From Phycisphaerae bacterium (GTDB taxonomy: Bacteria > Planctomycetota > Phycisphaerae > UBA1845 > Fen-1342), in contig JASFQK010000020.1 of assembly GCA_050115495.1 (NCBI GenBank), positions 54,928 to 118,927 on the forward strand: a stretch of DNA of 64,000 nucleotides, in the 5' to 3' direction. Position 1 is the first letter of the stretch; each line of letters begins with the position of its first letter. The notes below the pieces were generated by a model. It worked only from the letters and a program-made list of their open reading frames with translations. It was not told where the DNA came from and ran no database searches. Position numbers and translations under genes: made by a program. Below, in pieces: positions 29,632-38,561 of this stretch.

Positions 29632-30277
29632 CGGCCTGACGGTCGTGCAGCCGGGCCAGCAAGGCGATGATGGCCTGGGCCTGGCGGGACTTCGCGGCGG
29701 TGGGTAGCGCCTGCCAACCGCTGCCGCGCTCGAGGATCTCGACGGCCGTCCGCTGGGCGCCAATGGCCTCGGGCCGGTTCAGCACGATGGCGTCGAGGCG
29801 CTTGCGCCGCAGTTTCTCTACCGCACGCTGCCGCGGGGCCCGGTCCTCCAGCGCAAAGCCGATGACGACCTGGTCGGCCCGCCGGTCGGCGGCGAGCGTG
29901 GCCAGGATGTCCACGGTCGGTTCGAGCCGCAGCACTCGCCCGCGGGGGGATTTCTTGAGCTTGGTCGGTGCGGCCTGCGCCGGCGCGTAGTCGGCGACCG
30001 CCGCGGCCATGATGAGGGCGTCCTGCCGCGGCCAACAGTCCTGGCACGCCGCCAGCATGTCTGCCGCCGACACGACGGGGATTGCCCGCACGCCGGCCGG
30101 CGCCGCGAGCGCCACCGGCCCGTGCACCAACGTCACCCGCCAGCCACGTCGCCGCGCCGCTTCCGCCAGCGCGAAGCCCATCCGCCCCGATGAGTCGTTC
30201 GAGAGATAGCGAACGGGATCCAGGTATTCGCGGGTGGGGCCGGCGGTGATCAGCAGACGCAGGGGCGTACGTCTCAT
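29618..30277 (-). CDS. coaB: Phosphopantothenoylcysteine synthetase (CoaB half)
   Basis: [40 protein letters not shown]. Confidence 0.92.
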   Translation of the reverse strand: MRRTPLRLLITAGPTREYLDPVRYLSNDSSGRMGFALAEAARRRGWRVTLVHGPVALAAPAGVRAIPVVSAADMLAACQDCWPRQDALIMAAAVADYAPAQAAPTKLKKSPRGRVLRLEPTVDILATLAADRRADQVVIGFALEDRAPRQRAVEKLRRKRLDAIVLNRPEAIGAQRTAVEILERGSGWQALPTAAKSRQAQAIIALLARLHDRQAARTH

Positions 30278-30278
30278 A

Positions 30279-30917
30279 TCACGCGTCGTCGGCGGGCCGG
30301 CACTTGGGCGACCGCCGCAGGAGTTGCTTGCGGATGGCGTCGAGCAGTGCTTCCGGCTCGCTCATACGTCCGCGGCCGGTTGTGCCGCAGGCCAAGCGCC
30401 CCTTCTCCGGTCCGACGAAGAGGATGCCGGCGTCGCGCAGCCACGCGGCGTTGCGCTGCACCGACGCATGCTCCCACATGCGCACGTTCATCGCCGGCGC
30501 GAGCAGCACCGGGCTGTCGACGCCGAGCAGCAGCGTGCTGACCAGGTCGTCGGCGATACCATGGGCGAGCTTGCCGATGATGTTGGCCGTGGCCGGGGCG
30601 ACCACGACGAGGTCGGCGGCGGCGGTGAGGCTCAGGTGGCTGATCTCGCCCGTCTTCGACCAGAGGCTGGTGGCGACAGGCCGGCCGGTGAGGGCCTGGA
30701 ACGTGGTGGGTCCGACGAACCGCCGGGCGTGGCGGGTCATGGCCACGCTCACGCCGCAGCCGAGCTGGGTCAGCTCGGAAACGAGCGCGGCGATCTTGAA
30801 GGCGGCGATCCCCCCGCACACGCAGACGAGCACCTCGTAGCCGACCAGGGGTGGCTGGCCGGTGTCGGCGGTGCGGCCGGCGCCAGCCGGGCTACGCTTC
30901 GGTGCCGGGCGGGACAA
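30279..30917 (-). CDS. coaC: Phosphopantothenoylcysteine decarboxylase flavoprotein (CoaC half)
   Basis: GGIAAFK, APATANIIGKLAHGIADD, APAMNVRMW, LACGTTGRGRM; start uncertain. Confidence 0.9.
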   Translation of the reverse strand: MSRPAPKRSPAGAGRTADTGQPPLVGYEVLVCVCGGIAAFKIAALVSELTQLGCGVSVAMTRHARRFVGPTTFQALTGRPVATSLWSKTGEISHLSLTAAADLVVVAPATANIIGKLAHGIADDLVSTLLLGVDSPVLLAPAMNVRMWEHASVQRNAAWLRDAGILFVGPEKGRLACGTTGRGRMSEPEALLDAIRKQLLRRSPKCRPADDA

Positions 30918-31119
30918 GGCCGGACGCCTCGTAGTCGATGCCGACCTTGTCGGCCAGGATCTCGTCGATAACGATTTCCATGGGCGTCTTGCCCATGGTC
31001 TCGACCATGGGGCGGGCGCCCTGCATCAGCTCGAGCCAGCGCCGCTGGATCAGGGTGGTGAGCTTGAAGCGGCCGCCAACCTTCCGAATGATCTCGTCGC
31101 TTTGCAGAGGGGTGATCAT
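30892..31119 (-). CDS. rpoZ: RNA polymerase omega subunit
   Basis: KVGGRFKLTTLIQRR...IVIDEI; conserved gmk-rpoZ-coaBC synteny. Confidence 0.88.
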   Translation of the reverse strand: MITPLQSDEIIRKVGGRFKLTTLIQRRWLELMQGARPMVETMGKTPMEIVIDEILADKVGIDYEASGLVPPGTEA

Positions 31120-31697
31120 GCCCGCGTCGTCTCCTGCTCGATGATTCGCATCACCTCGTTGACCGAATCCTCTAGTATATCATTCGTGATGAAGTATGGG
31201 TAGTACCCGCTGGACCGGGCGAAACCGATCTCCCCGTCGGCCTTCGCCAGGCGCTTATCCTGGAGGGCCTCCGTCTCGGTTTTCCGGCCTTCCAGCCGGG
31301 CCCGGAGTGTCTCCCGCGTCGGCGGCAGCACGAAGACCCGGACCGAGTCGGGCACGGCCTGGGCGATCTGGGCCCCGCCCTGTACGTCGATCTCCATGAT
31401 GATGATCTCGCCCGCCGCCACGGCCTCCTCGACGGGTTTTCGAGGCGTGCCGTAGCCGTTGCCGAGGTACTCGGCGTGCTCCAGGAGCTCGCCCGCGGCC
31501 ACGAGGCGGTCGTATTCCTCCCGGCTGATGAAGTGGTACGCCTGCCCGTCGACCTCGTGCCCACGCATCGGGCGGGTCGTCACCGATATGGACCAGCGGC
31601 TGTTCGGAATGCGCCGCAGCAGCTCGTCACAGATCGACGTCTTGCCCGCGCCCGACGGTCCGCTAATCACCACCAGTTTGCCACGCTGTCTGCTCAT
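31116..31697 (-). CDS. gmk: Guanylate kinase
   Basis: ISGPSGAGKTS, TTRPMRGHEVDG, YGTP, EIDVQG. Confidence 0.96.
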   Translation of the reverse strand: MSRQRGKLVVISGPSGAGKTSICDELLRRIPNSRWSISVTTRPMRGHEVDGQAYHFISREEYDRLVAAGELLEHAEYLGNGYGTPRKPVEEAVAAGEIIIMEIDVQGGAQIAQAVPDSVRVFVLPPTRETLRARLEGRKTETEALQDKRLAKADGEIGFARSSGYYPYFITNDILEDSVNEVMRIIEQETTRA

Positions 31698-31705
31698 GGG
31701 CGGGA

Positions 31706-32845
31706 TTATGGACCGATTGGCGAATCAGTGCCAGACGACCCCCGCAGGCGGGCGGCGACGTCCGTGGCGGCAGCGGGCCGGCCCAACTTGTGCGCCGCGA
31801 CGGCCATCAGCGACCGCGTCGCCGGCTCGGCCAGGCGTTGCAGGGCAGCCAGCACGTCCGGCCCATTCTCGGCGGCGTCGCGGCGATCCTCGACGAGAAT
31901 GGCGGCGCCGGCGTCGACGAGCACCTGCGCGTTGACATGCTGGTGGCGGTCGCGGTGAAACGGGTACGGCAGCAGGATCGACGGCCGGCCCAGGGCGGTC
32001 AGCTCGGCCAGCGTCGAGGCCCCGGCCCGCGAGACGACGGCATCCGCCGCCGCCAGCGCGTGCGGCATGTCGTGAGTGAAGGCGAGCACGCGGACGGTCG
32101 GCGGGTTCAGACCGAGGCGGGCGTACCCCGCGCGAATCTCCGCCTCGTCGGCCGGGCCGGTCAGGTGCAGAAGCTGCCATTCCGGATGCTGCTGGGCGAA
32201 CCACGGCCAGATGCTGAGGATGGTCTGGTTGACGGTGCGGGCGCCCTGTGAAGCTCCGGTAACCAGCAGCAGCGGCCTCGCTGGATCCATGTCGAAGAAG
32301 CGCTTGGCGGCATCCGGTTCGGGCGGGTCGGCGAACGCGGGGCGGATCGGGCAGCCCAGCGCGTGGCAGTTGTCCCGCCCGCCGAAGTACGCCCGCGAGA
32401 CGTCCCACTGCATCACGACCAGATCGACCTTACTACCCAGGAAGCGGTTGGCTCGGCCGGGGACGGCATCCGGGTTCAGGATCGCCGTCCGAATGCCCAG
32501 GTCGTGCGCCGCGACGACCGGTGCGCCGGCCGCGTAGCCGCCCAGCCCGAGCACCGCGGCCACGTCGTGCTCTATCAGGAACTTCCGGGCGGCGGCGATG
32601 CTTTGACGCCAGGCGCGCCAGAAGCCGAACCAGCGCCAGGGGCGCATCGTGAAGGGCCATACGATCTGCGGCACCTGGGCGTAAGGCGTGCGCTCGAGCA
32701 GATTGCGGTCGAGCGGCCGGCCGGTCGTGAAGAATGTGATCTTCGCCTGCGGTTCGAGTTTGCAGAGCGCATCGGCGACGGCGAGGCCGGGGTACAGGTG
32801 TCCGCCGGTGCCGCCGCCCGCGAAGACGTAGTGTTGAGCCGCCAT
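31706..32845 (-). CDS. murG: UDP-GlcNAc:lipid I transferase MurG
   Basis: AGGGTGGHLYPGLA, GGYAA, PGRANR, GASQGA, SRAGASTLAEL, HQHVNA. Confidence 0.93.
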   Translation of the reverse strand: MAAQHYVFAGGGTGGHLYPGLAVADALCKLEPQAKITFFTTGRPLDRNLLERTPYAQVPQIVWPFTMRPWRWFGFWRAWRQSIAAARKFLIEHDVAAVLGLGGYAAGAPVVAAHDLGIRTAILNPDAVPGRANRFLGSKVDLVVMQWDVSRAYFGGRDNCHALGCPIRPAFADPPEPDAAKRFFDMDPARPLLLVTGASQGARTVNQTILSIWPWFAQQHPEWQLLHLTGPADEAEIRAGYARLGLNPPTVRVLAFTHDMPHALAAADAVVSRAGASTLAELTALGRPSILLPYPFHRDRHQHVNAQVLVDAGAAILVEDRRDAAENGPDVLAALQRLAEPATRSLMAVAAHKLGRPAAATDVAARLRGSSGTDSPIGP

Positions 32846-32943
32846 CGCGGGCATCTTAGCGTGCGGCCGGCTGCGGCGCAAACGCCTCGGCGCCGCGCCG
32901 TGTTTGCTTGCCGGCGGAGCAGGCCGCGCTACAATGACCGCCC

Positions 32944-34761
32944 GTGTGTAGCCTGCTTCGCACAAGGCGGGGTCCTGGGAAAGCTGAGCGTTTCGGCCCA
33001 CGCCGCACGCCGGGCCAGCGTTGGCTGACCTCGTGGCCGGACGGCGTGCTGCTCGTTCTGGCCGGCTTGTGTCTATACCTGCCCGGTCTGTTCTCCATCC
33101 CCCCCATCGACCGGGACGAGCCGCGCTTCGCCGACGCTTCGCGGCACATGCTCGAATCGGACGACTGGCACGCCTATGTCGTGCCGCAGTACCGCGAGCG
33201 GCCACGCCTTAACAAACCGCCGCTCGTCTACTGGTTGCAGGTGGCGGCGCTGTCACTGACGGGCGGAGGCCAGGCGGCACCAGCCGGCGACACCAGCTCC
33301 GCGCCCCTGCTCCTCACCGACGACATCTGGATCTACCGCCTGCCCTCGGTGCTGGCGGCGATCGCGGCGATGCTGCTGACGTGGCGGCTGGGACGGGACC
33401 TGTTCGGCGGCTCCGTCGGGTTGCTGGCGGCGCTGCTGCTCGGGGCGAGCGCTGTCGTGATGTTCGACGCCCGGCAGGCTCGCGCCGACCAAGTGCTGCT
33501 CGCCCTGACCACGCTGGCGCAACTGGCGATGTGGCACGTGTGGCGGCGGTCCACGGCGGGCCGGCCAACCGCGTACTGGACCATCGTCTTCTGGATCGCC
33601 GTCGGTCTCGGCACGCTGACCAAGGGACCGGTCACACCCGGCGTCGTTGGGGCGACGCTGCTGGCGCTGTGCGTGGGCACCGGCCGGTGGCGGTGGCTGG
33701 GCCGGCTGCGACCGCTCGTGGGCATCGCGGCGGTGCTCCTCGTCGCCGGCGCCTGGCTCGGGTTGGTCGCACAGCAGGTCGGCTGGGCAACGTGTTGGCG
33801 GACGTTCCTGGCTGAGGTGCCCGGGCGGGCGGTGATGTCGCGCGAGGGGCACGGCGGCTGGCCCGGCTACTACCTCGTGCTGCTGCCCGTGCTGTTCTGG
33901 CCGGGTTCGCTGGCGCTGGTGCCGGCGCTCGGACGAGCCGTACGTCGCGGCCTGCGGCGATCGCCGGCGGGTGACGCCAGTCGGACCGTCCGGCGGCGAC
34001 GCTGGCAGCCGGGCCGGCCGGCGGAGTTCTTCTGCCTCGCCTGGCTCGTGCCGAGCTGGGTAGTGTTCGAGCTTCTGCGCACGAAGCTGCCGCACTACAC
34101 GATGCCGCTGTATCCAGCTCTCGCTCTGCTGTGTGCGCGAGCTTTGTTCGCCGGTGGCGGCCTCTGGCGGCCGATGTTGCAGAATGTCGCCGGTCGCGTG
34201 GCGCTGTGGGGCTGGTTGCTGCTGGGTGAGCTGATGGCGTTGGGGCTACCGCTGGGGCTGATCGCGTTCGGCGACTGGCGGCCGGAGCCGGCGCTGGTGG
34301 CCGCCGTCGTCGCGGCCCTCGTGGTTGTCCAACTCCTGTTGGTACTGCTGTTCGGGCTGCTCCGCCGGCGGAGATTCCTGCATGCGCAGGTTGTCGGGCT
34401 GGCGGTGGCCGTGGTGAGCTTCGCCGTGGTGGCGCAAGGGTTGCTACCGCACCTACATGCGCTGTGGCTCGGGTCACGCGTCGCCGCCCGGCTCGCCCAG
34501 ATCGACCCATCGAGCTCACGGCCGCTGGCGATCGTCGGGGACGCCGAGGACAGCCTGGTGTTTCTCGCGGGCCGGCCTGTGCAAGAACTGAGCCCCGCGG
34601 AAGCGCAGGATTGGCTCGTGGGCACGCCGCACGGTCTGTTGATCGTGGATGGCGTGAGCACGCAGCTACCGCCACTGACGGCGCCGTTGGCGGCGGTCGA
34701 GGGCTTCAACTACTCCAACGGCGCGTGGCAGCGCCTAACGATCGTGCAACTCGCCCCCTGA
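32944..34761 (+). CDS. ArnT/GT39-like GT-C glycosyltransferase
   Basis: DRDEPRF, RLNKPPLVYW, YRLPS, LTKGPV, TKLPHYTMP; multi-TM; start uncertain. Confidence 0.88.
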   Translation: MCSLLRTRRGPGKAERFGPRRTPGQRWLTSWPDGVLLVLAGLCLYLPGLFSIPPIDRDEPRFADASRHMLESDDWHAYVVPQYRERPRLNKPPLVYWLQVAALSLTGGGQAAPAGDTSSAPLLLTDDIWIYRLPSVLAAIAAMLLTWRLGRDLFGGSVGLLAALLLGASAVVMFDARQARADQVLLALTTLAQLAMWHVWRRSTAGRPTAYWTIVFWIAVGLGTLTKGPVTPGVVGATLLALCVGTGRWRWLGRLRPLVGIAAVLLVAGAWLGLVAQQVGWATCWRTFLAEVPGRAVMSREGHGGWPGYYLVLLPVLFWPGSLALVPALGRAVRRGLRRSPAGDASRTVRRRRWQPGRPAEFFCLAWLVPSWVVFELLRTKLPHYTMPLYPALALLCARALFAGGGLWRPMLQNVAGRVALWGWLLLGELMALGLPLGLIAFGDWRPEPALVAAVVAALVVVQLLLVLLFGLLRRRRFLHAQVVGLAVAVVSFAVVAQGLLPHLHALWLGSRVAARLAQIDPSSSRPLAIVGDAEDSLVFLAGRPVQELSPAEAQDWLVGTPHGLLIVDGVSTQLPPLTAPLAAVEGFNYSNGAWQRLTIVQLAP

Positions 34762-34791
34762 GCCCCCCTGCTGCGCGTGCGTTCAGCTCGG

Positions 34792-35520
34792 CTAGGCCTG
34801 TTCCGGCCCGGCTGCTGGCGGCGCAGAAGATCGCCGGCTCAGCAGCGGGCGCTCCAGTCGCGTGAAACACGTCGGCCCGAGTAACCACACCCCAAGGTAG
34901 ATCCAGAGCAGGGCCAGTCCGACGCCGGCGATCACGTCCGAGGGGAAGTGCCGCCCCAGCACCAGCCGACTAAGACAGGTGAGCGCCGCCAGCGGGGCCG
35001 CGACCCACCACGTCCGCGGGATGTAGAGCGCCAGCAGACCGGCGAGCAGCACGGCCTGCGCCGAATGGCCGGAAGGGAACGAGTCAAAACCCAGCCGCGG
35101 GTCACCCAGCGGGCACAAGCACAGCGGCCCGGCGTCGAGGTCTGGCCGGGCCCGACCGATGAGGAACTTCAGCAGGTGGAGCGAGGCGACACAGCCGAAA
35201 ACGGTCACGCCGAAGCCGACCAGCCGCCGCCGCCAACCCGGTTGCGACACCAGGATCACGCCCAGGACAATGAAGCTCCACCAGCGGAAGGGCTTCTCCG
35301 AGAGCTTCAGCAGCCGGCGGAACACCGTCCCCGGTTGGACAGCCTCCGGCAGCCACAGACTGAGCGCACCGTCGAGCGACAGGGCAACCGTCAGCGCCAG
35401 CAGCCAGGCAACAGCCACCATCTCCACTCGGCTGTCCGCGGTGGCGGAAAGCCGCTGGCCGGTTTGCCAGGCCGGCCCGTCCAGCCGGCGTGTTTGCGCT
35501 GCGTCGAAGCCGCTCAACAT
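34792..35520 (-). CDS. PAP2 family phosphatase
   Basis: KFLIGRARP, SFPSGH, SRLVLGRHFPSD. Confidence 0.9.
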   Translation of the reverse strand: MLSGFDAAQTRRLDGPAWQTGQRLSATADSRVEMVAVAWLLALTVALSLDGALSLWLPEAVQPGTVFRRLLKLSEKPFRWWSFIVLGVILVSQPGWRRRLVGFGVTVFGCVASLHLLKFLIGRARPDLDAGPLCLCPLGDPRLGFDSFPSGHSAQAVLLAGLLALYIPRTWWVAAPLAALTCLSRLVLGRHFPSDVIAGVGLALLWIYLGVWLLGPTCFTRLERPLLSRRSSAPPAAGPEQA

Positions 35521-35684
35521 GGGCTCCTCGTCGGCGGGTACCTGTTACCCGGCCGACAACGTACGCCGTGTCTGTGAGGTTGCTCTCAGCGTTGCGTAAA
35601 CGATGGGCGAATTCCCGCCCCCAGCGGCTGCGACGCCCGGGCGTGCTGGAGTGGCCTGCGCGACCAGCGTAAGATGCGCACGCC

Positions 35685-37796
35685 ATGCGGATCAGGTCGA
35701 AGCTGCTCCTTCTGATGCTGTCCATCTCGCTGATTCCACTGGCCATTGCGGCCTGGATCGGTGCCGGCGCCGCCCATGCGCTGGGCGAAGAGCTGGCCGC
35801 CAGCACACGCGAAACAGCCAATCAGGCGGCCGAACGATTCCTGCTCCAGACCGTCCGCGACCACAGCCGCCTGCTCAAGGCTCAGACCGACCTGCTACGG
35901 CAGAGTGTCGGCGTGCTCGCCCGGGCTGCCGAACGGCGCCTCAATGAGCCAATGCCGCCGGCGACGCAGCCCGCCCCAGTCAGCTCCACCACCGACCCCG
36001 CCGCCCGGCAAGCGTTCATCTTCGCCGCCGGCGTAGACGAAGCTGACGTCGCCCGGGACGTTGCGCGGCTGGCGCTGCTGGAGACGACCTTCGAGCTTAT
36101 CTGGGAGTCGCATCCCTCTGGCGTGTTCCGGCTGCACGTGTCGCTCGAAAGCGGCGCGAGCACGTTCTTCCCGGGCGATGCCAGCGCGCCGGCCGACGAC
36201 GACCTGCGGCAGGGTCGCTGGTACCGGAACACGCGACAGGGCGACGTGCTCACCTGGACTACGCCCATGCTGGATGCCGCCACGCAGCAGTCCATCTGCA
36301 CGTTGTCGATGCCGCTGCGTGGACCCGACGGCCAGTTCGCCGGCGTCGCCGCGGCGGACATCTTCATCCGCGACATCATGCGTGAAGCGGCTTTGCCGGC
36401 CGAGTGGGCCCACGCCGCCGACACGCTGGTCGTGGCCTACGATGAGCAGCTACTGCCGCCCGATTGCCTGTATGTTGTGGCGCGGGACCGGCATGGCGAA
36501 TCGAGCGATACCGACCCGGTGGCGGAGCCTGCGCTGCTCGCGCCCGCCGGGGCCGACCTGCCCGAGACGGTCACGATCCAGGGGATCGGGCACCCGGTGA
36601 CCGTCTATCCCGTGGACGGCGATATGCTGCGCCTCATACTGACGGACCTTCGCGGACGGCGGCCCGCGGTGCGCCAGACGCCCTTCGAAGACCGGGCGTC
36701 GATCTGGGCCTACGCGCCGATGCCCGAGGTCAACGCCGCCCTGCTGGTGATCGTTCCGTCCGCGCACATCCTCGAACCGGCCAATCTGGCCGAGATGACC
36801 ACGCGGGCCCGCCTGCGCGTGCAACAAGTGCTGGTCATCGTGCTGGCGACGAGTGTCGTGGCGAGCATCGTGTTCCTTTCACTGATCGCCTCGCGCCATA
36901 TCACCCGCCGGATCAGCGACTTGGCGAGCGCGACCCATCGCATCGCCGCCGGCGACCTGGACACGCCCACGGTGGTGAGCGGTCACGACGAACTCGGCGA
37001 ACTCGCCGCCACCGTCAACGACATGCTGCCGCAGCTTCGGGAGCGCATGCGCATCAAGCAATCGCTCGCCGTGGCGATGGAGGTGCAGCAAAGCCTGCTG
37101 CCTCAGGAACCGCCGCGGATCGAGGGGCTCGATATCGCCGGCAAGAGCATCTATTGCGACGAGACCGGCGGCGATTACTACGACTTCGTGGATTTGTCCC
37201 GTGTCTGCCCGCACACGCTGGGCGTGGCGGTCGGCGACGTGACCGGGCACGGCATCGCCGCGGCGTTGCTGATGGCGACGGCCCGGGCCTTTCTCCGCGG
37301 ACACCTTGACGAGCCGTGCAGCCTCGGCGAGTTGCTGACGCACATCAACCGGCACTTCTGCGAGGACGCGCCGGACGGCAAATTCATGACGTTGCGTTAC
37401 CTGCTTCTTGACGCCGAGAAGCGTAACGTGCGCTGGACCGGCGCCGGGCACGATCCCGCCATGGTCTACTCCCCTCGCATCGACACGTTTTGCGAACTGG
37501 GCGGCGGCGGCATTCCGCTGGGGATCGAGTCCGACTGGCAATACAAGGACTTTGGGCCGCAGCCGCTCGAAGTCGGCGAGGTCATCGTCGTCGGGACCGA
37601 CGGTATCTGGGAGGCCCGCGGGCCCGACAACGAGATGTTCGGCAAGGACCGCCTGCACGACGTGCTGCGTGAATGTCACACCGCGAGCGCCGCCAACATC
37701 AGCCGAGCCATCACCGAAACAACGGCCCGCTTCCGCGGCCGGCGGGCGCAGCTCGACGACATCACGCTCGTGGTGATCAAGGTCGTGCCGCGCTGA
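35685..37796 (+). CDS. SpoIIE/PP2C phosphatase with Cache sensor and HAMP domain
   Basis: TM-Cache (RWY...WT.P.LD)-TM-HAMP, then TGGDYYD, VGDVTGHG, GTDGIWEA, DDITLVV. Confidence 0.92.
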   Translation: MRIRSKLLLLMLSISLIPLAIAAWIGAGAAHALGEELAASTRETANQAAERFLLQTVRDHSRLLKAQTDLLRQSVGVLARAAERRLNEPMPPATQPAPVSSTTDPAARQAFIFAAGVDEADVARDVARLALLETTFELIWESHPSGVFRLHVSLESGASTFFPGDASAPADDDLRQGRWYRNTRQGDVLTWTTPMLDAATQQSICTLSMPLRGPDGQFAGVAAADIFIRDIMREAALPAEWAHAADTLVVAYDEQLLPPDCLYVVARDRHGESSDTDPVAEPALLAPAGADLPETVTIQGIGHPVTVYPVDGDMLRLILTDLRGRRPAVRQTPFEDRASIWAYAPMPEVNAALLVIVPSAHILEPANLAEMTTRARLRVQQVLVIVLATSVVASIVFLSLIASRHITRRISDLASATHRIAAGDLDTPTVVSGHDELGELAATVNDMLPQLRERMRIKQSLAVAMEVQQSLLPQEPPRIEGLDIAGKSIYCDETGGDYYDFVDLSRVCPHTLGVAVGDVTGHGIAAALLMATARAFLRGHLDEPCSLGELLTHINRHFCEDAPDGKFMTLRYLLLDAEKRNVRWTGAGHDPAMVYSPRIDTFCELGGGGIPLGIESDWQYKDFGPQPLEVGEVIVVGTDGIWEARGPDNEMFGKDRLHDVLRECHTASAANISRAITETTARFRGRRAQLDDITLVVIKVVPR

Positions 37797-38040
37797 CGGG
37801 TGGGGCGCCTAAGAGAACTGCTTTCAGGATCTATATTATAGGACTATGGTGACCTGAAGCCTCGAAACGCGGTCCTTTTTTACCGTTGATATCCTTTTAT
37901 GGGGCGGTCCAGCTTGGTATGCTGCTGATGAGGAGGTCACCTTGACTTCACCGGCCGTGGACTTGTTCCGCGGCCGGTACCTTTATGGGTGGGGAAACAC
38001 CACAGCTATCGCGACGAACGAACGGCGAGTAAAACCCGCC

Positions 38041-38424
38041 CTACGCGGGCGGGACGTAGCCTTGTTTGGTGAGTTCGCCGAGGATGTTCGGCGGCGAAAA
38101 GCCGGGGCCCTTCAGGATCTTTCCGCCCGCGTCCATGCCGCCGTTCTTGGACATGTTGCTGCGCTGCACCTCGGCGAAGACGGGTTCGAGGTCGACGCCC
38201 ATTTCCACCGCTGTGCCGTACGTCACCACCAGAATGTCCGCGAGGGCGTCCACCATCTCCACGATGTCGCCCTTGTCGGCGTGCTCGACGAACTCGGCGG
38301 CCTCGCCGACGATCAGCCGTGCCCGGCGCAGGCAGTCCTTGGGCGAGATCAGCGTCGGGACGGTGCGGCTGGGGGCGTCGTATTTCTCGTGGAACGCCTT
38401 GACCATCTTCTGTTCGGGGCTCAT
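38041..38424 (-). CDS. MazG-like NTP pyrophosphohydrolase (DR2231/PRA-PH type)
   Basis: GEAAEF, DALADILVVTYG, EVQRSNMSK, GKILKGPGFSPP. Confidence 0.85.
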   Translation of the reverse strand: MSPEQKMVKAFHEKYDAPSRTVPTLISPKDCLRRARLIVGEAAEFVEHADKGDIVEMVDALADILVVTYGTAVEMGVDLEPVFAEVQRSNMSKNGGMDAGGKILKGPGFSPPNILGELTKQGYVPPA

Positions 38425-38561
38425 CGGGGCTTCCTCCGGGTCCGGCGGGCAGCGTACGGCAATCCGCCGCCGGTGGCCAGCACACCGCCCAATGCGGTAC
38501 ACTGACCAGCCCGGAAACACGGCGGCGGTGCACACCCTCGAGACGAACCGGTCGGAGGCAG

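Noticed and set aside
29618..30917. Split coaC/coaB as a frameshifted pseudogene or novelty
   Set aside because: Both halves are complete with their own start and stop, and separate CoaB and CoaC proteins are known in several lineages.
37942..38505. 187-aa + strand ORF with AGGAGG and TTG start as a real CDS
   Set aside because: Most of it is antisense to the well-supported MazG-like gene and it has no motifs; kept only as part of the spacer finding.
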